Shown: positions 10,317-20,583, counted from the stretch's first letter. The stretch is 64,000 bases of DNA from Candidatus Hydrogenedentota bacterium (GCA_045863335.1 BTVY01000003.1:96001-160000); one strand, 5' to 3'. Translations and numbers: made by a program. Notes: generated by a model from the sequence alone, not told the origin.

Positions 10317-11471
10317 TCAGACTCCCAGAGCAGTCATCGCGCGTTCGGCGCGCGCGCGCGCATCCTGGTCCGCGGCAATCACGGACTCCAACGTTATCTC
10401 CGATTCGAAGGTTGATTCTTCCAGTACTTCATGAACAACATCGCTAATGCGAAGAAATTCCAATCGTCCTTGGCAAAAGGCGCTTACGGCAGCCTCGTTT
10501 GCAGCATTCAGAATCGCCGGCGCGTTTCCACCCAGGCGTGCCACTTCCAAGGCATAAGCCAGGCAGGGAAATTCGGAAAAGTCCGGCTTCGCGAAAGTCA
10601 GTTCGCGCATGGTCGTCAGATCCAAACGTCCCATCGGCGTGGGAACGCGATCGGGCCATGTCAGGGCGAACTGAATCGGGAACTTCATATCCGTCAATCC
10701 GAGGTGCGCCAGAATGCTTCCATCCGTGAATTCGACCAGGCTGTGAATGATGCTCTGCGGATGAATCACGACCTCCACTTTGCTGAGCGGAAGGCCGAAC
10801 AGCCACATGGCCTCGATCACTTCGAGACCCTTGTTCATCAACGTGGCCGAGTCCACACTGATCTTCGCGCCCATGTCCCACGTGGGGTGCCGCGTCGCCT
10901 GGGCCGGCGTCACGCCGACGAGCGACTCGCGCGGCTTGCCGTAGAAGGGACCGCCCGAAGCCGTGAGGTGGATGCACTGAAGGTTCTCGATGCCGTGTCC
11001 ATGCAGACACTGGAAAATGGCGTTGTGCTCGCTGTCGACGGGCAATACGTCCACGCCCTGCTTCCGCGCGCGCTCCATAACGACCGGCCCGGCCATCACC
11101 AGTGGTTCCTTATTGGCCAGCGCGATCCGGTTCCCGGCGTCGATGGCCCGGAGAATGGGTTTCAGGCCGACCGCGCCGACCATGCCGCAAAGGACGACGT
11201 CGACCGGAACCGAAGCGAGTTCTTCAAGGGCTTCGAGACCCGCCGCGAAGGCGCAAGATTCGGGACATGGCGAGAATCGCTTGGCGGCCTCACCATCCAC
11301 GAGTACTGCATGTTTCGGCGCGAACTCCGCGACTTGTTCCGCCAACAATTCCGCGTTGGACCGTGCGGCGAGTCCGGCCACTTCAAAACGCTCGGGATAA
11401 TGGCGCACCACGTCCAACGCGCTGCGCCCGATGGATCCAGTGGAACCCAGTATCGTAATTCGCTTCTTCAA
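10317..11471 (-). CDS. dxr: 1-deoxy-D-xylulose-5-phosphate reductoisomerase
   Basis: ILGSTGSIG, LANKE, PVDSEH, TASGGPF, HPTWDMGAKISVDSATLMNKGLE; probable TTG start at 11471 overlapping the ptsI stop. Confidence 0.96.
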   Translation of the reverse strand: MKKRITILGSTGSIGRSALDVVRHYPERFEVAGLAARSNAELLAEQVAEFAPKHAVLVDGEAAKRFSPCPESCAFAAGLEALEELASVPVDVVLCGMVGAVGLKPILRAIDAGNRIALANKEPLVMAGPVVMERARKQGVDVLPVDSEHNAIFQCLHGHGIENLQCIHLTASGGPFYGKPRESLVGVTPAQATRHPTWDMGAKISVDSATLMNKGLEVIEAMWLFGLPLSKVEVVIHPQSIIHSLVEFTDGSILAHLGLTDMKFPIQFALTWPDRVPTPMGRLDLTTMRELTFAKPDFSEFPCLAYALEVARLGGNAPAILNAANEAAVSAFCQGRLEFLRISDVVHEVLEESTFESEITLESVIAADQDARARAERAMTALGV

Positions 11472-13249
11472 GAGGCGTCGTCCTGTTGCGATTTCGCGAG
11501 GATATCGTGCATGTACACGTCCATCGACCGGCGCTGGGCGTACCGTTTGTGCAGCGTCTCCCGGATTTCGGCGACGGAACCCATCCGCATGATTCGTGCC
11601 GCGAAGCGCTTCGCCTGAGAATAGCGAACGCTGGCAATCTCCGCGCGCACCGCCGGAATGGCCACCGCGGACATGCTGAGCGACGTAATGCCAAGTCCGA
11701 TGAGCAGCTCGGTGAAGACCGGGTCGCCGGCCATTTCGCCACACACCGCGCAGGGGATCTTTGCGGTTCCGGCCGCCTTGATCGTGCGCCGGATCATGCG
11801 AAGCACCGCGGGATGTCCGGGTTCGTACATGTGCGCGATCTTCTCGTTCACCCGGTCGACCGCGAGAGAGTATTGGATGAGATCGTTGGTCCCGATGCTG
11901 AAAAAATCACATTCCTTGGCGAGAAGATCCGCGATCTCCACCGCCGACGGCACCTCGATCATGGTGCCGATGGGTATCTTCTTCTTGAAGGGAACCCCGC
12001 GCTTTTCGAGGTCTGCCGCAACCTCGCGGACAATGTCCTTGACGCGGAGGAACTCGTCGAGCCCGCTGATGAGGGGGAACATAATCTGCACGTGGCCATG
12101 CACGCTCGCCCGGAACATGGCCCGTAGTTGCGCCTTGAAAATGTCCGGGCGCTCCAGGCAAAAACGGATCGCTCGCCAGCCCAACTGGGGATTGATCTCC
12201 TGCGCCAGGTGCAGATGGCTCACAAACTTGTCTCCGCCCAGATCGAGCGTCCGAAGCGTGACCGGCGCCGGGTTCATCGCCTTGGCTGCTTCGCTGTACG
12301 CTTCGTACTGCTCCTCTTCTGTGGGCAAGGTCGTGCGGTTCAGGAAGAGGTACTCGGTACGATACAACCCAATGCCCTGGGCCTTCGATTTCAGGCTGTG
12401 GGACAACTCGAGGGGAAGCTCGATGTTGGCCTGCGTCGGCACCTTGTGTCCGTCCTTCGTCACGCTCGGACGAAGCTCTGCGGCGAGCAAGGCCTTCCGG
12501 CTACGTTCTTCCCGGGCCTTTTCCTCGGTATACCGGGACAACGTTTTCTCGTTCGGCCTAATTACGACGACGCCGTTCGTGCCATCCACCACGATGGTGT
12601 CACCCGGCAACGCATGGGATCCCACAAACTTCAATCCCACGACAGCGGGAATCTCGAACGCGCGCGCGAGAATAGCGGTGTGCGATGTGGGTCCGCTCAA
12701 GTCAGTCGCCAGTCCCAGCGTGTTTGTCATGTCCAGCTTGGCGGCGTCCGAAGGCGAAAGATCGTGCGCTACAACAACTGACGGCTGATCCATATGGTCG
12801 AGCCCGTCCACGTTTGCGTTCAGCAGCCGGCCAAGAATCCGGTTGCCCACGTCCACCAGGTCCTGCGTACGTTCGCGAAATCGCATGTCGGGTACGGACG
12901 CCATGATCTTGGTGTACCGGGCAATCCATTCACCGACGAGAAATTCCGCGTTGAGGTGTTCGTCCACAACGCGGCGCTCAACCTCTTCGCGGAGGGTCAC
13001 ATCCTCAAGAAACATGAGGTGCGCCTTGAAGATGTCCGCGTGCTCTTCACCAATCGCTTCCGCAGTTCGCTCGTAAAGCCGCTCGAGTTCGCCCCGCACC
13101 GCAATCACGGCCCGCTCGAAGCGCGCAAGCTCCGCATCGACATCCTTTACTTCATACTTGGGGATGTCGAAGGACTGGACTCCAAACGTGAGTGTGGGTC
13201 CAATGGCGATACCAGGAGACACGCCTATGCCACGAATGGTGACTTCCAC
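11468..13249 (-). CDS. ptsI: PEP-protein phosphotransferase (PTS enzyme I)
   Basis: GPTSHTAILARA (phospho-His), GIGLYRTE, RTLDLGGDK, MIEVPSA, SIGTNDLIQY, CGEMAG; no N-terminal GAF domain. Confidence 0.96.
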   Translation of the reverse strand: MEVTIRGIGVSPGIAIGPTLTFGVQSFDIPKYEVKDVDAELARFERAVIAVRGELERLYERTAEAIGEEHADIFKAHLMFLEDVTLREEVERRVVDEHLNAEFLVGEWIARYTKIMASVPDMRFRERTQDLVDVGNRILGRLLNANVDGLDHMDQPSVVVAHDLSPSDAAKLDMTNTLGLATDLSGPTSHTAILARAFEIPAVVGLKFVGSHALPGDTIVVDGTNGVVVIRPNEKTLSRYTEEKAREERSRKALLAAELRPSVTKDGHKVPTQANIELPLELSHSLKSKAQGIGLYRTEYLFLNRTTLPTEEEQYEAYSEAAKAMNPAPVTLRTLDLGGDKFVSHLHLAQEINPQLGWRAIRFCLERPDIFKAQLRAMFRASVHGHVQIMFPLISGLDEFLRVKDIVREVAADLEKRGVPFKKKIPIGTMIEVPSAVEIADLLAKECDFFSIGTNDLIQYSLAVDRVNEKIAHMYEPGHPAVLRMIRRTIKAAGTAKIPCAVCGEMAGDPVFTELLIGLGITSLSMSAVAIPAVRAEIASVRYSQAKRFAARIMRMGSVAEIRETLHKRYAQRRSMDVYMHDILAKSQQDDAS

Positions 13250-13522
13250 TTACGTCTCTCCGAAGCCGGACTCGATCAGGTCCCGCACGGCCTTCATGGC
13301 TTCCTCGGCATCCGGACCGCTGCAGGTCACTTGGAGGACGCTGCCCTGCGCGGCTGCCAGGGTTAACAACCCCATGATGCTCTTCGCGTTAACGCGGTGT
13401 CCGTTCAGCGAAATGTGGACATCGCTCTGGTACTTCAGAACCGTCTGCACCACCGACGCCGCCGGTCTCGCGTGAAGGCCTAGGGTATTTGTAATCCGCA
13501 ATTCTTCTGTTAAATCAGGCAT
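13250..13522 (-). CDS. ptsH: Phosphocarrier protein HPr
   Basis: GLHARPA (His15) and NAKSIMG (Ser46); start reassigned to the ATG at 13522 (90 aa). Confidence 0.94.
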   Translation of the reverse strand: MPDLTEELRITNTLGLHARPAASVVQTVLKYQSDVHISLNGHRVNAKSIMGLLTLAAAQGSVLQVTCSGPDAEEAMKAVRDLIESGFGET

Positions 13523-13681
13523 GATGAGGTCAACTACGGTCCATTTGTGTGTTAAACGCGCGTGCCGGAGGGGGCGCGTGGTCCATTTGAACACAAGACA
13601 GAAGCGTCGGCGGGTCGCGCCGAGGCATCAACACGGGCAGCGCAGTTCCCGGTTCTACGTGCAACCGGTGCGCGGCTACTA

Positions 13682-13710
13682 AGTATAAGTCAGGAAAAGC
13701 CAGAAATCAA
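13682..13710 (-). promoter_or_regulatory. Putative sigma70 promoter for ptsH-ptsI-dxr
   Basis: TTGATT-N17-TATACT on the minus strand. Confidence 0.55.
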
Positions 13711-13740
13711 AAGGATTTAGCTTTGGCCAGCGCCCCGAAG

Positions 13741-14625
13741 CTAAGCCCCGCCCTCCGGCGATCGCGCAATGTCCCGATGGCGCAATCGGGTGGGGAGATC
13801 CATCTCCCGGACGCAACCCGCAAGCTCCCGCGCAACCGCCACGGACCGGTGCCGGCCGCCCGTGCACCCCACCGCGATCGTCAGATACGCCTTGGGTTCC
13901 GCAGCGTATCGGGGAACGAGGAATCGCAGCAACCCTTTGACGCGATCCAGGAACTCTACCGCCTCGGGATTGTCGAGAACGTACGCGCTCACGCGGGGCT
14001 CTTCTCCGCTGTACGGACGAAGCTCGGCATCGTAATGGGGGTTCGGCAGGAATCGAACATCGAATACCAGGTCAGCTTCCGGAGGGACGCCATGTTTGAA
14101 ACCGAAGGACAGAACGCCGACAGACATCTTGTGGGTCTTCTGATCCGCCTGAAACACGCCCGCGACCCGTTCCCGAAGTTGCGCTATCGACAAGGTGCTC
14201 GTATCCACCAGAAGGTCTGCGCGGCCGCGAATGGGGGAGAGCAGTTCCCGTTCGCGCGCGATCCCTTCCTCCACGCTCCCCCGGGAAGCCGCGGGATGAC
14301 GGCGGCGAGTTTCGCTGTACCGTTTGAGCAACACCGCATCGGTGCTTTCGAGGAACAGCACCTCGGGACGGATCCCCATCTCCGCTACCTCGTCGAGGTA
14401 GGCGGGCAGATTCCGCAGGTCTTCTCCGCCGCGCACGTCCACGCAGACCGCAATGCGCGCCCGCGGTTTCACGCTCCGGGCGCCGAGTTCGGCAATGGTG
14501 GGAACCAGCGAAGGGGGGAGGTTGTCGACGCAGTAGTAGCCGAGGTCTTCGAGCATCCGGAGAACCTGGCTCTTGCCCGCGCCCGATAACCCCGATACCA
14601 CCACGAACCGGGACTGTTCAGGCAT
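13741..14625 (-). CDS. rapZ: RapZ/YvcJ P-loop nucleotide-binding protein
   Basis: GLSGAGKS, CVDNLP, SFGFKHG.P, DVRFLPNPH, GCTGGRHRS. Confidence 0.94.
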   Translation of the reverse strand: MPEQSRFVVVSGLSGAGKSQVLRMLEDLGYYCVDNLPPSLVPTIAELGARSVKPRARIAVCVDVRGGEDLRNLPAYLDEVAEMGIRPEVLFLESTDAVLLKRYSETRRRHPAASRGSVEEGIARERELLSPIRGRADLLVDTSTLSIAQLRERVAGVFQADQKTHKMSVGVLSFGFKHGVPPEADLVFDVRFLPNPHYDAELRPYSGEEPRVSAYVLDNPEAVEFLDRVKGLLRFLVPRYAAEPKAYLTIAVGCTGGRHRSVAVARELAGCVREMDLPTRLRHRDIARSPEGGA

Positions 14626-15589
14626 CTCCGCTGCTCATCAGGCTCAGGAGCCTTTCATTGAGTTTCTGCGCGGGATGCACGCCCAACTCTTTCAGGCGAT
14701 GGTTGAGCGCCGCCACTTCGAGGATAATGGCGATGTTGCGGCCCGGACGTACGGGAATCAGCAGGTAGGGGATGCGCACGCCCAGCACGGTCACGAATTC
14801 TTCCGTCAGGCCCGTGCGATCGTATTCGGACTCCTTGCTCCATTCCTCCAATTCGACCACGAGACCGATGCGCTTCGAGTTGCGCACCCGGCCCACGCCG
14901 TAGACGCTCTTGATGTCGATGATGCCGATCCCGCGGATTTCCATGTGGTGCTCGATGACTGGCGACGACTCCGCATAAAGCGAGTCTTCGCGGCGGCGTT
15001 TTAAGGCCACGACATCGTCCGCCACAATGCGGTGCCCGCGTTCGACCAGTTCCAGCGCCGTTTCACTCTTACCAATGCCAGGCGCACCGACAATCAGACA
15101 GCCTACGCCGTAACAGTCCACCGCCGACCCGTGCACGATCGTCTCCGGCGAGAATTCCTCCGCGAGAAACAGGATGATGCGGCTGATAACTTCGTCCGTC
15201 GTTTTCTTGCTGCGCAATACCGGAATCCCGCGACGGTTGCACATGTCCATGAAGATGTTGCTGGGCTTCAATCCGCGGGAAAGGAGAAAGGCGGGGACTT
15301 CAAAGGAAAACATGTTTTCCAGGCGGTGCTGCAACTCCGCCGGAGACAGTTGCTCCATGTAGTGAATCTCGGTATTGCCGAGGATCTGGATGCGGTCGCT
15401 GGCGAAGTAGTCGAGATACCCGCCCAACGCCAGCCCCGGGCGATTGATATCCGACGTGAACACGGACCGGCCAATCCCCTGGAATCCGCACATCACTTCC
15501 AGTTCCAGGTCCGCCGACATGGCGTCGAGCAGTCGCGCCACGGCGATACTGCTCTTGCGGTTCACTGGAAGATTGAGGGTGTCCATCAA
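14618..15589 (-). CDS. hprK: HPr kinase/phosphorylase
   Basis: RPGLAL.G, G.PGIGKSETALELVERGHRIVADD, EIRGIGII. Confidence 0.96.
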   Translation of the reverse strand: MMDTLNLPVNRKSSIAVARLLDAMSADLELEVMCGFQGIGRSVFTSDINRPGLALGGYLDYFASDRIQILGNTEIHYMEQLSPAELQHRLENMFSFEVPAFLLSRGLKPSNIFMDMCNRRGIPVLRSKKTTDEVISRIILFLAEEFSPETIVHGSAVDCYGVGCLIVGAPGIGKSETALELVERGHRIVADDVVALKRRREDSLYAESSPVIEHHMEIRGIGIIDIKSVYGVGRVRNSKRIGLVVELEEWSKESEYDRTGLTEEFVTVLGVRIPYLLIPVRPGRNIAIILEVAALNHRLKELGVHPAQKLNERLLSLMSSGDA

Positions 15590-15656
15590 TACCCCTTAAG
15601 GACGGGTCGCTTGCTGGAGGGACGCCTACGAGGCCTTCCCTCACCCACGCGTAGAA

Positions 15657-16223
15657 TCAGAATTCCTGTTCGATCAACCCGAATGTGCCGTCGTTCTTGG
15701 CGTAAAGCACATTGACCTGCTGCGAGTCGGCATTCAGGAAGACGAGGAACGTGTCGTTGCTCAGGTCCAACTGAAGCGCCGCCTCGTCCACGCTCATCGG
15801 CTTCATCGTGAGCGGTTCCCGCACGATGGTGCGCGGTCCGCCCGTTTCGGTCGCGACCGCCGCTTCCTCATGCTCTGCTTCTACCGCCGCGCTCATTTCG
15901 CCCGTCGGCATCACCGTCACCTTGCCCTTGCGTGGCTGGAATCGATGGTTCTTGTCCTTGAACTTCAGGATTTGCCGGTCAATCTTGTCGATGACCGTGT
16001 CCACCGAAGCGTACATGTCGCCCGACGACTCTTTGCCGTGAATTCGAACGCCGTTCGCGTGGACCGTGATTTCTGCAATGTGCCGGTGCTTTTCCACCGT
16101 CAACACGACGTCCACGTCGATGACCTTGTCGAAGTGCGCCCGAACTTTGTTCAGGCGGTCTTCCACATGGGACTTCAACGCATCCGTCATTTCCAAGTGT
16201 CGGCCCGCAATCGAAACGCGCAT
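15657..16223 (-). CDS. hpf: Long ribosome hibernation promoting factor (HPF/RaiA)
   Basis: S30AE N-terminal domain (DMYASVD..IDKIDRQI.K.K) plus C-terminal KPMSVDEA..QL....FLVF. Confidence 0.92.
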   Translation of the reverse strand: MRVSIAGRHLEMTDALKSHVEDRLNKVRAHFDKVIDVDVVLTVEKHRHIAEITVHANGVRIHGKESSGDMYASVDTVIDKIDRQILKFKDKNHRFQPRKGKVTVMPTGEMSAAVEAEHEEAAVATETGGPRTIVREPLTMKPMSVDEAALQLDLSNDTFLVFLNADSQQVNVLYAKNDGTFGLIEQEF

Positions 16224-16334
16224 AATCTCCCGTACCTCCACTACTTACCAAGACCTTGAGGGGCAATTCAGGATCGTAGCACCGCACGCCGCACTCTGTC
16301 AATTTGTATACCCTGGCAGCACGTGCGGCCGGCC

Positions 16335-17447
16335 TTAGTCTTGCGCCGGTTTCGCGGAAAACTCTGTGTATACGCGCTTCATCACCTCCATCTTGCCGTC
16401 ATCCGCCGCGACGCTGCCGATGGCAAACATCATGACACCGGCACTCGTTGCTTCGAGTCCGTGACGCAATACGGTTTCGAATTCCGCGGGCGGGATGTGG
16501 GGCCGGTCCTGCGCCTGCACGATGGGGATCATCTTCGGGAACGTACCTGGTTCCTGCGAGATCGGATGCCGTTTGCTGAAATACTCGACGTATTCGCGCA
16601 CGTAGTCCGGCGACTTGCCCGCCCGCCCGTGGTAGATCATGGGCGAATATACGTCCACATACGGTTCCATGGCCTTGTAGTCGAGGCCGAGACAGCGCCG
16701 GCGCGCGCCCCAGAGGTCCTCGTCTTTCCAGGCGGCCTGATAATTGCCGACCAGCGCGTTTGGCCGCAGTTCCTTCACGGTGTCGTGAATCTCGCGCGCC
16801 CAATCGACGATGATGAAAACGCGCCAGTCTTCCCATTGCTTCGCCGCGTTCAGAAAAATCCATTCCGCCCGCTCCGGAATGGTCTCGCCGGGCACTTCCA
16901 ATTCCGCCCACGCCTCGAAGGCGGAAACACAGGAATCATTGAAACAAGTCTTCACAAACACGGGATAAGGATCCTCGAATTGCCCGTGCCAGTGGAGGTA
17001 GTCCATCCAGACCCCGTCAACCTCGTAATTCGTCAACAGCTCGCGCAACGCCGTCATGCGGTATTCGCGAAACGCCTCGTTTGTCGGACACACGCCCATG
17101 AACCAGGTCGCCGCAGGCGCGGGATTCCCCGTATCGTCAATGGGATGGGCCTCGGGGTGGTTCTGCACGTAGTCGCCGTACTTCCCGTTCAGCGTGGCGA
17201 ATTCCGCGAACAGCAGGCATCCCTCGGCGCGCACCCGCTCCACGGTTTCAGCGTTGATCGCCCCTGCATGAATGAATGCGGCATTGACCCCGTACTCGCC
17301 CAGGTGCCCGCCTTTATCCCAGAACGCCTTCGGGTGCCCATAGGTTCCCAACACGGGTTGCGGCAACGTCACCGGTTCCGCGAGCGCAGGAACTCCGAAG
17401 CCCGCGCCAAGTGCGACGAAAATGAATATCGAGCGGATTTCAATCAT
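16335..17447 (-). CDS. Secreted glycoside hydrolase-like (GHL10/DUF187-type) protein
   Basis: Signal peptide, YEVDGVWMDYL, DVYSPMIYH; RBS GGAGG before the ATG at 17447. Confidence 0.6.
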   Translation of the reverse strand: MIEIRSIFIFVALGAGFGVPALAEPVTLPQPVLGTYGHPKAFWDKGGHLGEYGVNAAFIHAGAINAETVERVRAEGCLLFAEFATLNGKYGDYVQNHPEAHPIDDTGNPAPAATWFMGVCPTNEAFREYRMTALRELLTNYEVDGVWMDYLHWHGQFEDPYPVFVKTCFNDSCVSAFEAWAELEVPGETIPERAEWIFLNAAKQWEDWRVFIIVDWAREIHDTVKELRPNALVGNYQAAWKDEDLWGARRRCLGLDYKAMEPYVDVYSPMIYHGRAGKSPDYVREYVEYFSKRHPISQEPGTFPKMIPIVQAQDRPHIPPAEFETVLRHGLEATSAGVMMFAIGSVAADDGKMEVMKRVYTEFSAKPAQD

Positions 17448-17598
17448 GCTAGACAGCCTCCCAGCAGGTTTCATCCACCTTACCATACGCCTGGCGAGGC
17501 ATGCTTTTGGATCAACGTGGGCGAGGAGAAGGGCCGGGATCCAACGTACCGCAACCAGTCCGCCATAGTACCAACGAAAGACTTACAGTAGTTCGTGT

Positions 17599-18804
17599 TT
17601 ACTTATCAGGCCCGTGCGCCTCGGCCGTTGCTTCGGGAATTTCCGACTTGGTGATCAGCTCATCTGGATTGTGGTTTTCGGCGAGGTACGCATCATATCC
17701 CGTCTGCCCCTTGAGATAGCGGCCGAAGAACGCGGTTGTATAACCGTTGACTAGCTCGAAAGCCACGTCTTTGGTCACATAGGTGATCGGTTCGTCATTG
17801 GTAATGCGCGTGCCGGTGCCGACGCCATCGCCGAAGTTCGGATTAAACTGATACATCTCGGTGAAGGAATAATGCCCGCCGTTCTTGAATTCGACGAGGT
17901 AACGGGGGCCGGTGGATTCGTTGTAGTAGGTTCGCACCCGTTCGTTGCCGTCGGCGCCAATGGTGTCGTCTTCGGTGGCGGGTAGAATCAGGGCGGGGCA
18001 ATCGTACCGGCTGCGCGTGAGGGCAACACCGGCCATCGGGGCAATCGCCTTCACGCGGGGGTCCTGATCGGCCACGGCGGTCGTTGTGTATCCACCAAAG
18101 GAATGGCCCGACACGCCGATCTGGTCCATATCGACCTTCCCGAAGAAGCGGCTGTCATTGCCTTTGTTCATGCGTTCCATACAGTCGATGAGAAACCGAA
18201 TGTCCTTCGGCCTGTCCTCGGACGCGCGCTTACGTCCCTCTGGATCATCACTGAAAAAGACCGGTTCGCCATTGATGAACGTGATCAGACAATTGCCCGT
18301 GTGGTCCGGCGCCATAACGATGTAGCCGTGACTCGCCAGGTGTTCGCACCAGAACACATTCTGGCTTCGCATGCCGCCATTGCCATGCGAAAACAAAAGC
18401 AAAGGATATACGCCGTCGCGGATTCGCGCGTCGCGCACCGCGAAGTTCTCGAATGTCTCGTTCGAGGCCGTCAGGTCCGCTCCAAACGCCAGTTTCATCA
18501 CGGCCGCCGTAGCTTCGACGCCCCCGTTGTAAAACTCGATTAACTCATTGGGCGGCAGTCCGCGCGTTTCGTCCGTTGCGGGGTACCAGATCTCAGTCAG
18601 CAGCGACCGAGGACCGTTATCGGTTGCCACATCGGTGCGGCTGTGATCGACGAGCATCAACGTGGTTACGCCGACGGGGTAAGGACCAGGCTTCTCTGGA
18701 TCCGGGAGGTCCTCCGCGGCAAAGGTGGTATGGCCGGCAAACACCGAAACGAAGATGGCGAGAACGAGGGACACGTGGGACCTATAAAGACATCGTAGCA
18801 TCAT
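17599..18804 (-). CDS. Secreted alpha/beta hydrolase (PAF-acetylhydrolase/dienelactone hydrolase-like)
   Basis: PGPYPVG, FSHGNGG, LASHGYIV, nucleophile elbow GHSFGG. Confidence 0.85.
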   Translation of the reverse strand: MMLRCLYRSHVSLVLAIFVSVFAGHTTFAAEDLPDPEKPGPYPVGVTTLMLVDHSRTDVATDNGPRSLLTEIWYPATDETRGLPPNELIEFYNGGVEATAAVMKLAFGADLTASNETFENFAVRDARIRDGVYPLLLFSHGNGGMRSQNVFWCEHLASHGYIVMAPDHTGNCLITFINGEPVFFSDDPEGRKRASEDRPKDIRFLIDCMERMNKGNDSRFFGKVDMDQIGVSGHSFGGYTTTAVADQDPRVKAIAPMAGVALTRSRYDCPALILPATEDDTIGADGNERVRTYYNESTGPRYLVEFKNGGHYSFTEMYQFNPNFGDGVGTGTRITNDEPITYVTKDVAFELVNGYTTAFFGRYLKGQTGYDAYLAENHNPDELITKSEIPEATAEAHGPDK

Positions 18805-18920
18805 GTTCTCCTTGGAAGGACTTCAATCGCCGACTCTAAAATGAGGGTCTTATCGGGTAGTACAGTACTTGCTGAAGGCGTGGATGCTCAAGGCCCGCAG
18901 ACAAACGAAATTGACATTCA

Positions 18921-19631
18921 TTAGCGCGCAACCGGACTGGAGGGGCCGGGATCGGCTGCTGCGGCTCGAGCCTTATTCGAACGTTCCAGTAAGTCTACGA
19001 GGGCCTCGCCGACACGCTGCGCGATCACGCGCTGGCCTTCCGCGTTGGGGTGAATCTGGTCGACCATCATGCTGGGACGGCCGAATATGCCGTCCATGAG
19101 GTCCGGCACGAGTAGAGCGCCGTAGCGTTCGGCGATGGCCTCGTATTCGTCGAGGTACTTGTCGCTGAAGAATCCGAATTGAATGTGCACGAGAATGACC
19201 ATGGCGCCAGCGTCGATGCACTGCGCGACGATCTGGTCCAGATTGGCGAAAGTCTCTTCGCGAGGGACCTTGTTCAGGAAGTCGTTGCCGCCGAGTTCCA
19301 CGATGACGATGCGCGGATCATGGTCGAGCACGTCCCGTTCGAGCCGTTGCAGTCCTGAGGCAGTCGTGTCGCCGTTGCGTCCGGCGTTGATGATCTCCTC
19401 GCCGAGGGCCTCGGACAGGAGCGCGGGGTAGGTCTGCTCGGCTGGCACCCCGTGCCCGTACGTGATGCTGTCGCCGAAAGCCACAATCGCAATACCGGCC
19501 GAATCCAGGTTCGCGATTTTCCGTTCGCCCCCGCAACCGGCGGCGAGGATCGCCAACGTGCCCAAGGCCCAGCGAGAAAAGAACAGGGCGGCCATGGGTG
19601 ATCCCGATGGCCGCCCCGGATGCGTCTTCAT
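18921..19631 (-). CDS. SGNH/GDSL arylesterase (TesA-like) lipoprotein
   Basis: FGDSIT, NAG..GDT, ELGGND, DQIHPN; lipobox LAAGC. Confidence 0.9.
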   Translation of the reverse strand: MKTHPGRPSGSPMAALFFSRWALGTLAILAAGCGGERKIANLDSAGIAIVAFGDSITYGHGVPAEQTYPALLSEALGEEIINAGRNGDTTASGLQRLERDVLDHDPRIVIVELGGNDFLNKVPREETFANLDQIVAQCIDAGAMVILVHIQFGFFSDKYLDEYEAIAERYGALLVPDLMDGIFGRPSMMVDQIHPNAEGQRVIAQRVGEALVDLLERSNKARAAAADPGPSSPVAR

Positions 19632-19636
19632 GAGGC

Positions 19637-20098
19637 CTACGGTTCAATGACCGGCAAGGTTTCCGGATCGATCACCTGGTGGCACTTGTTGCAGGACTCC
19701 ACCAGCGCGGTGTAGTTCGTCTGGCTCGCCGCGAAGTCGCGTGCCTTGGCCGACTCAGCCAGTGCGACGGATGCGTCAAACATGGCTTTCGTCAAGTTCT
19801 GCCACTCCGGATTCTGCGAGTATTCGTCATTCCGGATTGCAATCAAATTGGCGATCTCGGCCCCGCTTCCGGCTTCATCTTCAAGGCTGCGCCAATCCCG
19901 AGGGCTGGCTGGCTCCTTTGCCATGGCGCCATGCAGGTTCTCCATAAGCGGATCGGCAAACTTCTTCATGAACCGGCCCGTTTCCATCACGGGCTGTGAA
20001 AGTGCGGGCTTCTCCTGGGCAAATGCCTGCCGCATTTCCAAACCGCACACCGTTAGCACCAGCGCCACCACCAGCAGTCCAGCAAACCACTTCGACAT
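19637..20098 (-). CDS. Cytochrome c'-like (class II) exported cytochrome
   Basis: Signal peptide, helical body, single C-terminal CxxCH (CNKCH). Confidence 0.75.
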   Translation of the reverse strand: MSKWFAGLLVVALVLTVCGLEMRQAFAQEKPALSQPVMETGRFMKKFADPLMENLHGAMAKEPASPRDWRSLEDEAGSGAEIANLIAIRNDEYSQNPEWQNLTKAMFDASVALAESAKARDFAASQTNYTALVESCNKCHQVIDPETLPVIEP

Positions 20099-20583
20099 CG
20101 TGAAAAACCTCCGAAGCCTGAGTTATTGCAACCACGTTCCGGCAGAATCGCCAGAACCTTACAGCACAAAACGCGTAGCCTACCGGGGAACCCCCCAGAG
20201 ATCAAGTCGGCGAATCGAGCAGGCCCTTGAAAGGCAGCTCGATCGACCAGATCAGTTGACTTCATTACGCGACAAATATTCAGACAACGCGATATAATGA
20301 AAGTGCTCATTGCCCGTGGCGGGGGATTGGCAACGGTGACAGAACGCTCCTGAATAACAACCCTGAGACGTAACCAACCTGATCCTCGTAGCGCATGCCA
20401 GGTACAACTTTGTACGATTCAGCGGCGATGCTCTCAGAAAATTTTTGACTAAAATGAGAATTCCGAGTAGAATTATCTCGCAGTTCGGTTTGCAACGATT
20501 CCGAAGGTTGTTGGTTCTACCCTTATTGTGTTGCAATTAAACAGTTTGTACTGTTTGTTGCGGGTTCGAGGGAGGGTCGAGAC

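Noticed and set aside
11472-11744. N-terminal extension of dxr given by the ORF track
   Set aside because: It overlaps ptsI in another frame; Dxr homology begins at the TTG at 11471
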